This document shows, piece by piece, positions 26,591 through 42,490 of a stretch of DNA of 64,000 nt. The stretch is from the human T2T-CHM13v2.0 reference genome, Homo sapiens: the NCBI RefSeq assembly GCF_009914755.1, contig NC_060932.1; one strand, given 5' to 3'. The first letter of the stretch is position 1. Each line of letters starts with the position of its first letter. A model generated the notes under the pieces. That model worked only from the letters and a program-made list of their open reading frames with translations. It had not been told where the DNA came from and ran no database searches. A program made the translations under genes and the position numbers.

Positions 26591-28023
26591 AGGGGTGAGG
26601 GGACATGGAGGGCCAGGGCTGTCTGCAGTCTGCAATGGCAGGTTGGATTCAGCTGTTGTAGGGCCTGCCTCAGTGGCAGGAATGTGGTTTTGGAAATACT
26701 GAGCTTCAGGATGAGGTCCCTGAGATGCGATGAAGCTCTGGAGAAAAGCTTCCCACATGGGAAATGCTCCCACAGGTATCAGGAAACAGTAGTGAGGAAC
26801 GGCATGCCCGGATTTTCTTTGTGGAAAGGTGGTGCTGGCAGCAACCGAGGAGCGGTTTGGGCAAAGTGCAGGTTAAAAAAGAAAGAGGTCAAAACAGAGG
26901 TCTGGCAGTCAGAGGTCCGGCAGTAGTGGGTCCGGGAGGGAGTGATGGTAGGCGCTTGCCGAGTGGTGGGGAGGAGGCGGGAGCAGGTCCTTGAGTCTGG
27001 GATGTGCGATTGGGTTGCTGTGTGCAGCGTCTTCGTGTGGGTGGCAGTTGAAAACGTGGGCACGAAGATTTTTAGGAGAAGACACCTGCAGGCATTTATG
27101 TGGGATCATTGACTCCAGCTATGTTACGCTTTTCATTTCCTTTCTCTTTTTTCAGAACCGTGTATTCCCATGGGCACTTTCAGCATGAATGCCTCTGTTT
27201 TCTATTAATTCATGTGCTCCCAGCGGGTGTGTACGGTCAGGAGCGTTCTCTGTGCTCCCCACTCAACACTGGGACCAAAGCTGAGTGTGAGCTGCAGGAA
27301 TGTCCGCTGAATGAATGAATGAGTGACTAAAGAGGAGTGACCAGAGAGGCAGGAGAATCAGGAGGCTGGCATATTGAGGGTGCCAAGAGAAAACAATTTC
27401 AAGAAGGAGGGTGTTTAACAGCACCACGTGTCACACAGACACATCAGGAGGAGTGAGACGGGGATAGGTCTGTAAAACTGGTGCTGTAAGTTCCCACGTA
27501 AGCTTCAGGTGCCTGAGAGTGAAGCCAGGTTGTATTTGGTTGGGGAAAGAATGGAAGTGCAGGAAGTGGGATCATCGGTTACTGATTTTTGAGGCCCTAC
27601 AAAACAGGTTGAAGCTTTACCCTAGCTATGCAAGGCTGGTTCAATATTCAAAAATCAGTTGATGTAATCATCGCATCAGCAGGCTAAAGAAGAGAAGTCC
27701 TGTGGTCATATTCATAGATGCAGAAAAGGCATTTGAAAAAATCCAATCCCATTAATGATAAAAACTTTCAGTGAGCTAGGGATGGGGGAGAACTTCCTGA
27801 ACTCAATAAAGAAAATCTAACCACCCCCCAACAGCTAAGTTCTTACTAAATGATGAGAAATTTGGAGCATCCCGCAGAGATCAGAAATGAGGAAGCGTAG
27901 CCTCTCACCCCTCCTTTTCAAGATCATACTGGAAGTCCCAGCTAATGCAATAAGACAAGAAAAGGAAATAAAAGATATGCATATTGGGATATAATAAATA
28001 AAAATGCATTTGTCAACAGATGA

Positions 28024-28396
<373 letters not shown>

Positions 28397-29782
28397 AGTG
28401 GAAAAATCTTCTGAAACTAATAAACAGTTTTAGCAGGGTTTTAGAATACAGGGTTAATATGCAAAGGTCAGTTACTTCATTTTATACCAGCAGTGAATGA
28501 GTAGAATTTGAGATTGAAAACACAGAACCATTTACATTAGTACCAAAAAAATGTAAAATGCTTAAGTAAAAGTTGAACAAAATAGCATAAGATCTATATG
28601 AGGAAAACTACAAAACTCTGTTGAAAGAAATGAAAGGAGATCTAAGTAATGGGGAGGCACCCCATATCCCTGGACAGGAAGATCCGTGCTGTTGAGATAT
28701 CCATTTTTCTTAACGTGTTCTATACATTCAGCGCAGTCCCCATCAGGATCCCAGCATGTTATTTTGTGGATATCAACAAATTGATCCTAAAGGTTACATG
28801 AAGAGGCAGAAGACCCAGACAAGTTAACACAGTATTTAAGGAGAACAAAGTCACAGAACTGACAGTTGATCTCAAGACTTACTGGAAAGCTACAGTAATC
28901 AAGACAGTGTGGCACTGGTAAACAAATAGACAAATAGATCAATGGAACAGAACAGAGGGTCCAGAGACAGACCCACGTAAATACAGCCAGCTGATCTTTG
29001 ATGAAGGAGGAAAGGCCATTCAATGGAGAGAGGATGCTCTTATCAACAGATGGTGTGGAGCAATGGGACCTCCATGTGCAACAAAATGAACCCAGAACCA
29101 GACCTTACACCCTTTACAAAATTAACACAAAATGCAAAACTATAAAAGTCCTAGGAGACAATGTGGGAGAACCCTGGGTAAGCTTTGATTTGGTGACTTT
29201 TTAGATATAACACCAAATGCATGATGCATGAGAAAAATTGAAATTGGACTTCATTAAAATGAACAGCTTCTGCTCTGCAAAGACACTCTTCAGAGGATGG
29301 AACAACAAAGTCCAGACCGGGAGAAAATATTTGCAAAACACACACCTGATGGAGGACGAGCATGCAAAATATACAAATAATTTTCAAATTTCAATGGTGA
29401 GAAAACAACCTGATTTTTAAAATGTGTAAAAGATCTTAACAGACACCATCAAAAAGATACACAGATGACAAGCCACTGAAAAGATACTCCATGTCATGTG
29501 TCATCAGGGAAATGAAAAATAAAACAGCAAGGAGACAGTGCCACACCCCTGCTGGAATGGCCAAGATCCAGACACTGGCAACACCATCAAGTGCTGGTGA
29601 GGATGTGGAGCAACGGGAACTCTCATCCTCACTGTGGGGAGTGCAAAATGGTGCAGCCACACTGAAGACCGCTAGGTGGTTCCTTACAACAGTGCACATT
29701 TGCCATGCCGTCTAGCAGTCAGGCTCCTAGGTGTTCACCCAGATACTTGAAAACTTCTGTTCACACAAAAACTTGCACATGA

Positions 29783-30063
<281 letters not shown>

Positions 30064-30388
30064 TGCACATGAATGTTTATAGCAGCTTGGAAACAACCAA
30101 CGTGCCTTTAAAAGATGAATGAATAACCAAACTGGCCTATCTGGACAAGAAGTGCTGAGAAGGAATGATCTACCAGGCTGTGAAAGGACGTGGAGCAACC
30201 GTAAATGCACGTGACTACGTGAAAGAAGCCTGTCGCAAAAGGCTACGCAATGTAGGATTCCGACTGCATGGCATTCTGGAAAAGACAGAACTGTGCAGAC
30301 AGGAAAGGTTCAGTGGCTGCCATGGGCTGTGGGGAGGGAGGGGTGAATGGGCGGAGCCCAGAGGAATTTTATGACAGGGAAGCGCCTC

Positions 30389-30724
30389 TGTGTGATGCTG
30401 TCATCGTGGGCACATGTGTGGTGCTGTCACCGTGGGCACGTGTAATGCTGTCACCGTGGGCACATGTGTGATGCTGTCACCGTGGGGACATGTGTGACGC
30501 TGTCACCGTGGGCACGTGTGTGATGCTGTCACCGTGGGCACATGTGTGATGCTGTCACCGTGGGCACGTGAGATGCTGTCTCTGTGGGGACATGTGTGAT
30601 GCTGTCATTGTAGGGACATGTGTGATGCTGTCACCGTGGGCACATGTATGATGCTGTCACCGTGGGCACATGTGTGATGCTGTCACCGTGGGCATATGTG
30701 AGATGCTGTCATTGTGGCCACATG
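30389..30724. repeat. ~26-bp minisatellite, about 13 copies
   Basis: Unit gtgatgctgtcaccgtgggcacatgt with variants. Confidence 0.95.
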
Positions 30725-31002
30725 CCACCGTGCATTTCTCCAAACCCACAGAATGGACAACACCAAGAGTAGCCCTCGTGTAATCAGTGGACTTAATAAT
30801 TATCAATATTCGCTCCTTACAGCAAATGTTTCACACTAACATAAGCTGTTAATGGTGGGGAAACTGGGGTGGGGAGGAGGGGTTATATGTGAACTCTGTG
30901 AACTTTGTGCTCAACTTTTCTGTAAGCCTATAAAAAATAGTATTTTAATTAAAAAATACATCGACATTCTTATTTTATTGTCACTAAAAACCTGAGACGT
31001 AG

Positions 31003-31319
<317 letters not shown>

Positions 31320-32597
31320 CTGTCTTAGTCTTCTAATTGGAGTTTAGGTGACTGGAGTTTAGGGAAGAGAGGGTGCCTTGCCTGAGAGCTGGTTAGTGGC
31401 ACGTTTGAGCTGATCTCCATTCTTCTAACTCTGTGGCTTAGTTTATTTCTACAACACAGGGACTGAATGGCCCATCGCCCCCTGCCCAAACCTGCTGGGG
31501 GAGGCTGGCTAGCTGGACGTTAGAGTCTGGGGATGAAGTCAGCTGTCTCAGCACCAGGCCTCTGGCTGCCTTCGGTGAGGAGCCAGGTCAACAAAGCAGA
31601 ACGAGAAGTTGTTAGAATTCTGGATTTGCTGCATTCACTCTGGCAGGTGATTTTTCTCCAGGGCCTTGGTTATTCAAGTAGCAGGAGTGAAGGGGTTAAC
31701 TGGCAACCCTAATTAGAGTGAGGTGCGGTGTAGGGGCCACCTCACAGGCAGCCGAGATGGAAGACGGAAGACGTGGCTGGGTTTATAAACGCACACATGA
31801 GACACATGGGCTTATGTGGGCTTCCCGTAACATTTCCAGTATTGAGGTGTTGCTGTTGCTGTTGTTTGTTTGTTTGTTTTTGGAGCTTATTAGTGTTAAT
31901 GGTGGTAAAAAGTAGATTAAAGTTACTGCTAATTAAGATGATTTCTTTAAATACTAAATTTGGTTTTAGGTTTAGATTGTTGTTTCCAAATTAAAGAAAT
32001 AAGAAGGATAAATATTTCTGATTTTTGGCCTTTTTGGTTTTTGCTGTAGATGCTGTCATGGCTCCAGGAGCTTTCCGTACTTCTTGTGGTAGCCTTACAG
32101 ACGGCCTTTCAGGTGGCCTTCGTTATGTAAATTTTCAAACCCACAGCTTAGAAATTAGAATGGGGTTTTGGGATGACACCCCGGGTTTTGCAGAAAAATC
32201 TCTTTTGTGACCAACCACTGGCTGCCGCTGCCAGCTCTGCTGACACCAGCGAATAGCAGAGCTTCTGACCTGTTTGCTGCGGCTGAGAAATGAAAACAGC
32301 CCTGGGCTCCAGAAACACTTTCAAGGCTCTCCATTATCCATCGCCTTGGCTTTTCTGTCCCAATGGAATGAATTTCATTGTCCTGGACCAAATGACTTCG
32401 CTGGGGCCGTAGAGAATGGGAAGGGTGGACGCCTCCCGGCAAACCGTCTGCATTTGCATAACACTCATGGCAGTGACTCAGTGGTTACTGTGGGGACTGA
32501 CAGAGTCTTCCTTTTCCAATCCCTAACCTGTCATCCTGGACTTAAACCATTTTCAACTTTTATTTATTGGCAAAAAATGTAAAGATGATAAATGTCC

Positions 32598-33036
32598 TTT
32601 CATTCACTTTTTCATTTGTTCCACAAAAACATAATCGTGTGCGTGTGGCAGGCATGCTTCTTGGTGATGGAGACACGGCAGGTAGCGTGTGCACCCTGTG
32701 TGGCGGGGAGTCAGTGAGAAAGACGGAGAAGAAGCAGACAAATCATGCCGTAATATCATACCAAATCATGACGCCTATGAAGAAATGGTAAAGTAGGACT
32801 AGGGTGGAGGAGCAATGGGCATTCTCTTGGGTAGGAAGGCTGCTCGTGACCTGAAGGTGAGAGCCGTGCCTGTCCCCTGCTGGACAAATATTCCATACAT
32901 GGGGGCCACACGTGCAAAGGCCCTGAGGTTGATGTGTTTATAAGTGGCCAGAGAACAGCGGGAGCGGAGGGGACATGAGGAGAGGGAGTGGGGCAGTGAG
33001 GTGGGAGGCAGCCGGGACCGGGTGGTGCAGGGCTCA
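32598..33036 (-). mobile_element. L2 3' region
   Basis: Antisense L2 tail cattcac...cattt, then gtggcaggcatgcttct...tggagacacggca and cacgtgcaaaggccctgagg. Confidence 0.7.
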
Positions 33037-33044
33037 ATCTGGGA

Positions 33045-33302
33045 AAATGAATGATTGTGTGTGTTCTGAACATGCACAGACTTCTTTCGGACATTGTTCC
33101 CTACACGATACAGTATAACAACTATTGACATAGCATTTACAATGTCCTAGCTATCACGGGAGCTAGGAGCTGCGTATCTGGGAGCTGCGTAGGTTAGGTA
33201 CAGACACTGCCCCTTTTTATATAAGGGACTTGAGCATTTGTGGAGTTTGGTGTCTGCACGGGGTCCTGGAACCCCTCCTCACACATACCGGGGATGACTG
33301 TA
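33045..33302. mobile_element. MER2 (Tigger-derived) element
   Basis: acagtataacaactattgacatagcatttaca...ttttatataagggacttgagcat...gtcctggaacc...gatgactgta. Confidence 0.85.
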
Positions 33303-34046
33303 CTTCTCCTCATGCTCGCAGTAGAAGAAGTTTGAAGCCCCTAGCACGGAATCTGCTCTGGCCATTTAACAGAAACCAAGAGACCAAACATTTCATGGAT
33401 CCGTAGCTCCTGTCGTATTTCTTACTGCTTAGTAGGGTCTTGTCGAATGATAGAATAAATTAATAAACAGTCAGGTAGTTTATCCGCTTTTATTTTAACA
33501 GCGCTTTTGAAAAGTTTTTACCTTTAATGTGAAATCAAATATGGAATTCCAAACAACCCAGGAATAATTCAGGAAATGACGAGAAACATATTTCACAGTG
33601 TTAGCTATGGCGGTTGCAAACCTGGCGAGGCCTCCGTTCCTACTCAAGGGACAGCAGTGTTGACGCGCAGCTTGTCCCATTTTGCAGGCAGGACACACCT
33701 AACCTCCCGGTGGAAATGTGTTTGCTGGTGGGTGTTCTGCTGTTTTTGCCAAGGCTTTATTCTTTGTTGATGATTCACATGTTGTTTTATCCATTAGGTA
33801 ATATTGTAGGGCTCAGTATAAGTAAATGCAAATTGTCCTCTGAATTCATTAGGAAATTATTTTAAAAGGCACTTATGCATAAATTCTCATCCCACCAACT
33901 GTTTAGACTAAATTTCTTTTGAAAGAAATTCCAACCTTCTGCATCAGTGTTTCTAACACAGTTTTCTGTAATTCTCCTGAACCGTTTGTAGAAACAGTCA
34001 TTTCTTGGTTTCATGAGTTTATGGTGGGGTCTCTTTTGTGGAGTGA

Positions 34047-34500
<454 letters not shown>

Positions 34501-35409
34501 AGACTCCAGTTTTATTCCTGGAAATAACTGTGTGATCCTGGGAAAACCTCTTGACTCCACCATAGCCTCAGTTTTCTCACCTGTGAAATCAGCAAGTGAG
34601 AACAGATCTTGTCCACCGTTACTTGGAACCTCAGGTGTTTTGAGTCCAGTTGGACGTGGTTGAACTTGAAGCCTCAGCTTTCAAATGGCTTCCCCAGGGC
34701 CCCAAAGTCTGGTGTTGACTGAGGATGCACTGCTGACATGGGACTGTGGGAGGTCTCTGATCATGATGTTGTTTTATATTTTACTTATTAACATACATAA
34801 TTGATCCACAAAATCAGGAAAATAAATCATAGTACTTTTCCACTGCCACAGAGAATATGGGTTATTTGAATATCTGAGTCAGTTTGTGTCTCTCTCCAGA
34901 AATACAGATATGAATATGGCAGTGAAATGGATTTCAGGGACATGCTGTGAAATCTTGTACTTTGCTATTTGTGAATTGTCTATGCATGCACGATTCCGTT
35001 GGAAGGTGTGAATCCTGTGAGGTTTCTTTGGTGCGTATTATTCCTGTTGCTCACGGCCAAGGAGGTTCAGAGACACAGTGGTTAAGGGACCAGCCTATTT
35101 TGTGGAAGGGGCAGTGGCAGGATTGGACTGGAAATTGGGGTCTGGACATGCTCTGCACCAGGGTTATTTAAGGATGTGCTTTGATACCAATGACATGGAT
35201 TTCCTTGTAAGTAAACCCTCAAGTCATTGATGGAGTGCTAGATTGCATCACACAACAAATATTGATGACATCCCAAATATTTAAGGTTAGCTGTCCTTAG
35301 ACTCACTGTGAAGAATAATTTCTCCATTCTCATTTCTGTGTAAACAGATACAGCACCTTGTTGTGTTTCGGCATTCCACTGGTGCGCACACCACTTGGAA
35401 TTAAAATTT

Positions 35410-36395
35410 CAGGATGCTGGATATTAACCGCTGTCAGATGCATGCTTTGCTAGTATTTTCTCCCATCTGTGGGTTTTCTCTTCACTCTGTTGATTGTTTC
35501 CTTTGCTGTGCAGAAGCTCCAGTTTGATAGAATCCTCAGCACCGCGGATCATCGGGGAGATACAAATCAAAACCACAACGAGCTGTCCCCTGGCCCCTGT
35601 TCGACTGGCTTTCACCAAAAAGACAAAGACAGCAGATGCCAGTGCGGATGTGGAGGGAGGGGAACTCTTACACGCTGTTGATGGAAATGTAAATTAGTAC
35701 AGCCGCTATGGAAAACAGTGTGGAGGTTTCTCAAAATGCTGTGATCCAGCAATCCCACTACTGGCTACAACCCCAAGGAAATGAGGTTGGTGTGTGGAAG
35801 AGAATCGGCCCCCAGGTCCATTGCGGCACCCTTCCCCACAGCCCAGAAATGGAATCAGCCTGTGTGTCCATCAACAGGTGAATGGATAAAGAAAATATGG
35901 TACACAGTGGATATGACTCAGCCATCAAAAGGATGAAATCCTGTCATTTGCGGCAACGTGGATAAACCCAGAGGACGCTTTGCTAAGTAAAGTGAGCCAG
36001 GCAGAGAAAGGCAAACACCGCATAATCCCACTCGTGCAGAATCTCAGCAGATCTCACAGGAGCAGAGCGTAGAGTGATGGTTACTGGGGACTAGGGGAGG
36101 TGGGAGGACAGGGATGCAGGAAATGAGTTAGCAGGTGCAGGGACTTGGGTAGGGGAAGAAGCTCTTGTGTGCTGCTGTGCAGAAGGGTGACTACAGGTGA
36201 GAATATCGTACGGTATGTCCCAAAATAGAAGAAAAGATTTGGAATGTTCTCAACGTAAAGAAACGATGAAAGTAGGAGATGATGGAAACACTACACACCC
36301 TAATTTGTCCATTGCACAAAGTCTCTGTGGATTGGAACATCTCACTGTGCCCCATGAATAAGTACAACTATTGTGAGTCAACTAGAAAATTTTAG
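35410..36395 (+). mobile_element. L1MA 3' end with an inverted 5' segment (35410-35530)
   Basis: An antisense ORF2 piece (IKLELLHSKGNNQQ, from the IKLKSFCTAKET region) joins a sense piece beginning at the IIGEIQIKTT region and running through the 3'UTR. Confidence 0.8.
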
Positions 36396-39300
36396 AAACC
36401 TCACTATTCTGGGACATCTTTTGGCCAGAAAAATATATAAGGCCAATCTCTGCAGTGGTTTTGGGAGAGACTTGGATTATCAAGCTACTTCCACATGATA
36501 CGATATTTTAATTCACTTCCGCTCAAATGACTGGGAGTGAGGAGCTACAAGCATAGGATTCAAGGATGACAGTCACCGGTGCACTTTCAGTAAACCTTTT
36601 GCCGTTGCACAATGCTGAGTGTTCTCTGTTTCAGAAGCAGGTGCACCTGTCGATGGGAGGCCCATGGGAGCTGCCAGGGTCCTGCGTTAACACTGAGAAT
36701 TTGTTTTTAAAAAGGGATGGCTGAAAATATTAAAATATAAAATATTAATATTTATATTGGTCAGTGTTCTCGTCATTGATAATTATAAGACAAATTATAC
36801 ACCTCCCTCTTTAAATGTTTCTTCTTTAATATTTCAAGTTAAATGTATTCTTAGATATAGGAAAACTGGGAAGTGGATTTAGGAATCTCAGATATAAACT
36901 TGTTGAACATCTGAATCTTTTCTAGATGGAGTAACCTTGTTTCCATTCTCAGATTTGGAAATGATATTGTTTTCAATCTCAGCTATGCGGTCTCATGGCC
37001 GCTGTCCCTGTAGGACCCCCAGGGAACAAGGGGGCCCCTTCCAGATCTCCACAGGCTCACCTGGCCCACCAGGACGACGGGTGCCCTCGCTGGACACGCT
37101 GTCTGCAACATCTTGGCTCCAGCAAGACTGATGTATGGAAATTTCCTTTAAGGGATCTTCTAGCTGTTTCTGTTAAATTCCAGTTAATACCAAATGACAG
37201 AGAGGAGAGTTATTGCTACTAAACGCTGAGCTCATGCCACAGGCTCATGCTTTTATATTAGCTTCTGGCGGAGAAGATGGGTTTTAAGATTGTGCTCTAG
37301 AGTTAGACTTTCTGGGATGTGTCTTGATTTGCGGCGTCAGGTCTACTTGCAGCCTCCTTTCAAGCCTCGTGCTGTTCTCAGTGTTGATCAGATTCTGTGA
37401 TGTTCCCCGGGGCTGAGTTTACTTTGTGAGCCATTGTGTGACTTCCAAAATCTATAATTCTTCATCTGCCTTCTCATCCTTTTCCTTCCAAATTGCTCAC
37501 CTCTCTCCAGCATATGCACTTCCGTGGCATTTACTGTTAGGAAAGATAAGGTTTATAGCTAAATCCGGTTTTAAGGTTGTGGGAATGGCCACTCGCCCTC
37601 ACAACGTGCTCTTCTTTTTATAAGGCCGCTGTGAGCTGCGTGGATGTCTGCCATGGAGCCCTTTTCTCTCCTGGCAGGGATGGACCTTCGTGTACATTCC
37701 AGCTCATTGGATGGGTCTGCCCAGCTACAGGGTCCTGAGCTTGCCCCCTCAGAGAGAGGTGTGGTCTGCGGCTCACAGCAGGGCAGTAGGGAACAGCTGC
37801 TGAATGCATTCACTTGAAATAAGAACATCTTTTTCTGGCCCTCCCTGTTCAGCCTACATTCAAAACAGGGCAAGGGGAGTGCTTAGTTGGGTATGGTATT
37901 CTAATCCAGTTACTTTTATGGGTCTCTTTTTAAATTTTTTATGGGGAAGAAACTGTGTTCTTGGGACAGGATGGTGTTTCGGAGCCATGGTGCTTATTGG
38001 TTTATCTCAGGCACAGTGGCGGGCAGAGTCCTCTGCTCTGTGTGTCCTGCAGCACGGTTGGCCGGGGCCCTCGGTGCCTCTCACATACCCTCAGCACCCT
38101 GACACCCCGCGCCTGGCCAGGCTTCTTACCCCAGGCCTGTCCAGATCTTCCGGGGCCGTGCCGGTATCTCTCATGGACTCTCTTCTACAAGGGGCCCTGA
38201 TTCCCCCTTCCAGTGTCTTGTCCAGGAAACGTGCGTGGGGCACGTGCTCTGTGTTGGAAGTCAGTGCCAGGCGGGTGCAGGTGACCAGACCAGGAGAGCC
38301 CAGGGCCTGGGAACCATGTCTCTGGGTCCAGGGCAGCATCTCCTCAGGCCTGTCTTCCAGTGCTTTCATTTCAGTTCCCGTCTGCATAGGGTAGCTGATC
38401 AGTCCCCACCTTCTGGTAAACTCACTTCTCGAGGGCCTGGCCTGTCAGTTGATTCTGAAAAGAAGGGTCTGAAGGACCAGAGTGCTGGGGGTCGTGTCTC
38501 TGTGGGGCTGGAGAGTTGGCCTTGGTCCATGTGGCCATCGGGAAGCGCTTGCTGCCACCTGTGACGGCTCCTGGGAGCTGTGCAGCTTCTGGCCACCACG
38601 CCAGGGCCTTCTAAATACTTTCCCAGACGCTGTGTGCTGTGAGCATCAAAATAATAAATATTCCTTTCTAGAATCGACCGTTTCTCCCTTTCTATGACTC
38701 AGACTGGGATTTGCCATTCATTCCAGGTCCCCTGGGCCTTTCCCGCTCCCTGTGACTTGTTGGGAGAAGCTGCTCAGAGCCGGTGTTCTCCTGTCGCCCC
38801 AACATGCCACGTTCCCAGGGAAGCCACGTTCCCAGGGTCTGGAGATGGTGTCTTCATCCCTTACAGGCTCACTGCCTTGTGCTGGGGTTTGTTCTCTCTC
38901 CAAATCGAGGGCCTCTGTCCTTCCCCATGAGTCAGACATCCAGGTTTCCGCCGTTCTGTGCTGTTCACCTGTCAGCTGTCTAACCCGGTACCACTGATTC
39001 GTGTGCCGCCTACCGGCCGTCACCGTGGGCAAAGTGACCACAGACTTCTCAGTTCAGACACGGAGTTCGTAAATTAATGTTATCTTTGTTGATCGGGGAT
39101 CTATTTGCTTTATGCAAGAAAAATGCTGAGTTTTCTTTGGGTCTTTCCTGGATGCAACCAGCTCTTTGCTTTTTGCAGCTTTATGTTGGAATATGTTGAA
39201 CTCAAGTATGTATAATTATTCCAACTTCGTGCCCTCCTTGTTTTAATTAGCAAAAATAAACCCTTTAAGCTGTGATTATCCTAATTTGCTGGAGTCAGCA

Positions 39301-42300
39301 GGAAGCCTGGTTGGAGGAGGAGACAGAAGGTCCTTCAGAGGGTTCTAACAGGCGCTAATCCTTGAGATGTTACCTTCTTTCGATACCCAAACTAGTTGAG
39401 AACAAAAGGGGAACAGTGTTGTGATTATGTCATTACGTGGCTTTCTCTATGCTGCATTCAGGCTGGACCTGGTGGTAGCACGCTCTAGGGACATGCACAC
39501 ATCTGAGAAGGCTGTGGATCTGGGATTACTGATGATGAATAAGTCACTGACACTGGCTCGGGTGTAGCCTCATGATTTAATGTGAGACATTGCTGTCACC
39601 TGGCCACCTGTGCTTTCTGCTGTGGTAGTGGATGCAGGTTTCTCAGTGCGTAATTCCTGTTCATATTGGTTTCTTATAGGGGAAGTGAAGCTTTGAATGA
39701 TTCTGTTTTGAATAAACCTCAAAATTATGAGATGTGAGCTGAGCATTATTTAAGTGGTGTGTTTAGTTTTCCACGTAACGCATTTATGACAAACATATTT
39801 GCTCAACTTTCTGTTGGCAGTTGTGCCAATTTTATACTCATTATGAAAAGATTTGTTAACATCTGAGGTGATAGTTTAATATTTTTGTATTATTAAAAAA
39901 TTCAGCAATGGCTTCATCCATCATGCATCCATTGCTTAAAATGTATGATACTTACAAATTATTTGTAGGTGTCAGTTTTCAAAATGGTTATATACTTTAA
40001 GCTAATTAAAAATGATGTTGCATTTTTTCTTTATTATTTATATTTAAGGAGTGTAATTAACCCTATGGATACAGTGAGTAAAGGGTTTATGAGAGGAAGA
40101 AGATTGTTTTTTATTCTGAGCACTTATTTTTGTCTGTCCTGTGGGGTCACATGTTCTGGAATAGCTGTGGCTCTTGTATGTCAGCAGCTGTGGAGGTGTG
40201 TCTCGTTGTTAGTGTTGCTGTTGATCCTGTTCTTGTATCCACATGTGGATGCATGTACTTACAAGGTCACCTAGCACCTGTTCCTCCAGAAGAGGTTTAT
40301 CTACAGAAAAATGAGCCATCTTTGTCATCTTACACGACACTCACAGAAACATCTCGCTGTGAGAAGGTCCCTGGTTGGCGCACGGTGAGCCGTGCACTGT
40401 TTCACAGCCCCACAGCCACACTGCTCAGAGTCAGTCTCAAGTGACCGGAGACGGTGATGTGTCACTAATCCAGAAAAAGTGTCCATCATCTCTGAGATGA
40501 TCTAAAGAAGAGCTGCAGGTTACGTTAGTGTCTGCCTCGCTGGAGCATTCATGTGCTCTTCCAAGGGTGCGCGGCACCTTGAAGAAGGTGCTGGTGTGGG
40601 CTTTGGTGTGTCTGAGGCGTCTGCAGCCCTGTCTGTCACCTTGGAGTCCTCTTGCACAAACAGTGTTCCCTCTTCAGGTGGATCACGTGTTCATCTGAGG
40701 CCACCGCACCTCCGGGCCTAGAGAGCGCGGTCACCGCAGGCTGGACGCGTCAGGCAGCCCAGAGTGAGGGTGAAGTGGGGGCCGCGCAGGTTCCAGTCAT
40801 TGTGTCTCCTGGTGTTTTGCGTTCTCCACAATGAAGTGAATATGTGACAATTTAAAAACTGAAATTGCTGTCTCAGAAAAGCTTTGATTACCGTTTGGTC
40901 TAACTTTGATCCACAGAAAAGGCTGCCGGGTTTCTCCACAGGCGTCCTGAGTACCAAGTCAGAAAGCAAGTTTCTGGGCCGGCTGCCCTGGGCCCTCCCT
41001 TCCTTCCTCTCCTCCTCGAGACCCTGCTTCACGCCTCTCTTCTTCCCCTTTATTTACATATACAGCTTAGTGTAATTTTGAGTCAGTTCATTTGTTTTCC
41101 CTGTGGTTACCAACCAGCCACCCCTAAACGGTTCCTCGGTGGCTGGAAGTCACAGTGTGGATCTTCTGTTACTGTTAAGCTGTTTTCGCGTCCTTCTTGC
41201 ACCACATTTGATGAAGTGAGTTGAAGGTACTTGTTTCCGTTACAAGAGTCACGCCCTCCCTGTCAGATCCTGAATCCGAGATTTATTTGCAGTTTTGTTT
41301 CTCTAGCTGAAAGAATGCTGCGTGTTTTCTCTTTCAGCAAAAGAAAATTTGGTTTACGTTTGTACGCTGAGGGCTCAAATATACAGTAATTAAAATAGAC
41401 GTCTCTTTATTTTACTCCGTGGAAAGTGATAGCATGTCACAATTAATCACTTTAAAAGCTCTCAAACATGGGCTTTTTAATAACTCCAAGACCTCCCTGT
41501 CTTTTCCAAGGCTGGCAGCTGGATAAAGGTGAATTTAATCAACATAAGAAAAATAAAAGACTCCTTAGTCTTAATGAATATGCGCATGTTTTGAAGCGTA
41601 GTTGGAACATTCGGGGATCAGGAAGTGCTTGGGAGAGAACCCGTGATATTTTGGCAAGCCTGTTTCCCCAAATCTGGGTCACAGAAGCTGGATGTGGTGG
41701 TTTATGGTGACGAGTGGGCGGGCCTGATGGGCACCCCGGCAGCGGGACACGTTCTGAACAGCAGGACTCTGCTCAGGAAAGGACACATTCTGAGCAGCGG
41801 GACTCTGCTCTGGAAAGAGGACTAATCAGGGAGTACAGAATGAGGTTATTGGTGGTTTCTTCAGGAGAGCAGGGCCATTTAGAAACTGGCTGAGAAAGAT
41901 ACCGTGCCTAATTTACAAAAAAAAAAAAAATGATTTGAGACTTAAAGTCAAATTCTGGGTCGTCTTTTCATTTCTTATTGTACATTTAACCATTTTGTAG
42001 CTACAAAACTATTGCTTTCTTAAGATTTTCTCTCTGGCTTCTGTAATAGTCCATTATCTTGATTTTATTCTATGGCTATTTCTTTCCTCCAAAATGTGGA
42101 TATTTTCCAAAGTTTTCTCGCCGATATTTCTCCTGACAGGATCCCTGAGCTGTCATCACTTAACAAGTGCGGTTATTACAATCATGCAGATGATGCTTAT
42201 AAACCTCTGTCTTCCATGCTGACCTCTCTTCCAGTACTGGACATCTTCACTGAGAGGTACTGACAGCTCTTAAAACCGGCATTCCTGTTCCCTCCCAGGA

Positions 42301-42420
42301 CCCTAAACACGCAGCTGCCCTTGAAGACTCACTGCTTATGTTAGTGGGTCTGTCTCCTTGGCACCCCGGCTTGAAAACCTGGAGAATTCAAATTTCCTGC
42401 ACTTTCTCACCCCTTTGCCG

Positions 42421-42490
42421 TCTGTCTCCTCTCACTTCCTGCTCTGTCTCCTCTCACTTCCTGCTCTGTTTCCTCTCACTTCCTGCTCTG
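42421..42490. repeat. 22-bp tandem repeat x3 within probable L2 fragments
   Basis: tctgtctcctctcacttcctgc at 42421, 42443 and 42465. Confidence 0.9.

Noticed and set aside
36983-37131. Possible exon with GPP/GSP collagen-like triplets
   Set aside because: The Gly-X-Y pattern is not sustained, the donor is weak and I do not recognise the protein.
37804-38394. 196-aa ORF in unique sequence
   Set aside because: It has a non-ATG start, no recognisable domain, and a length compatible with chance in GC-rich DNA.
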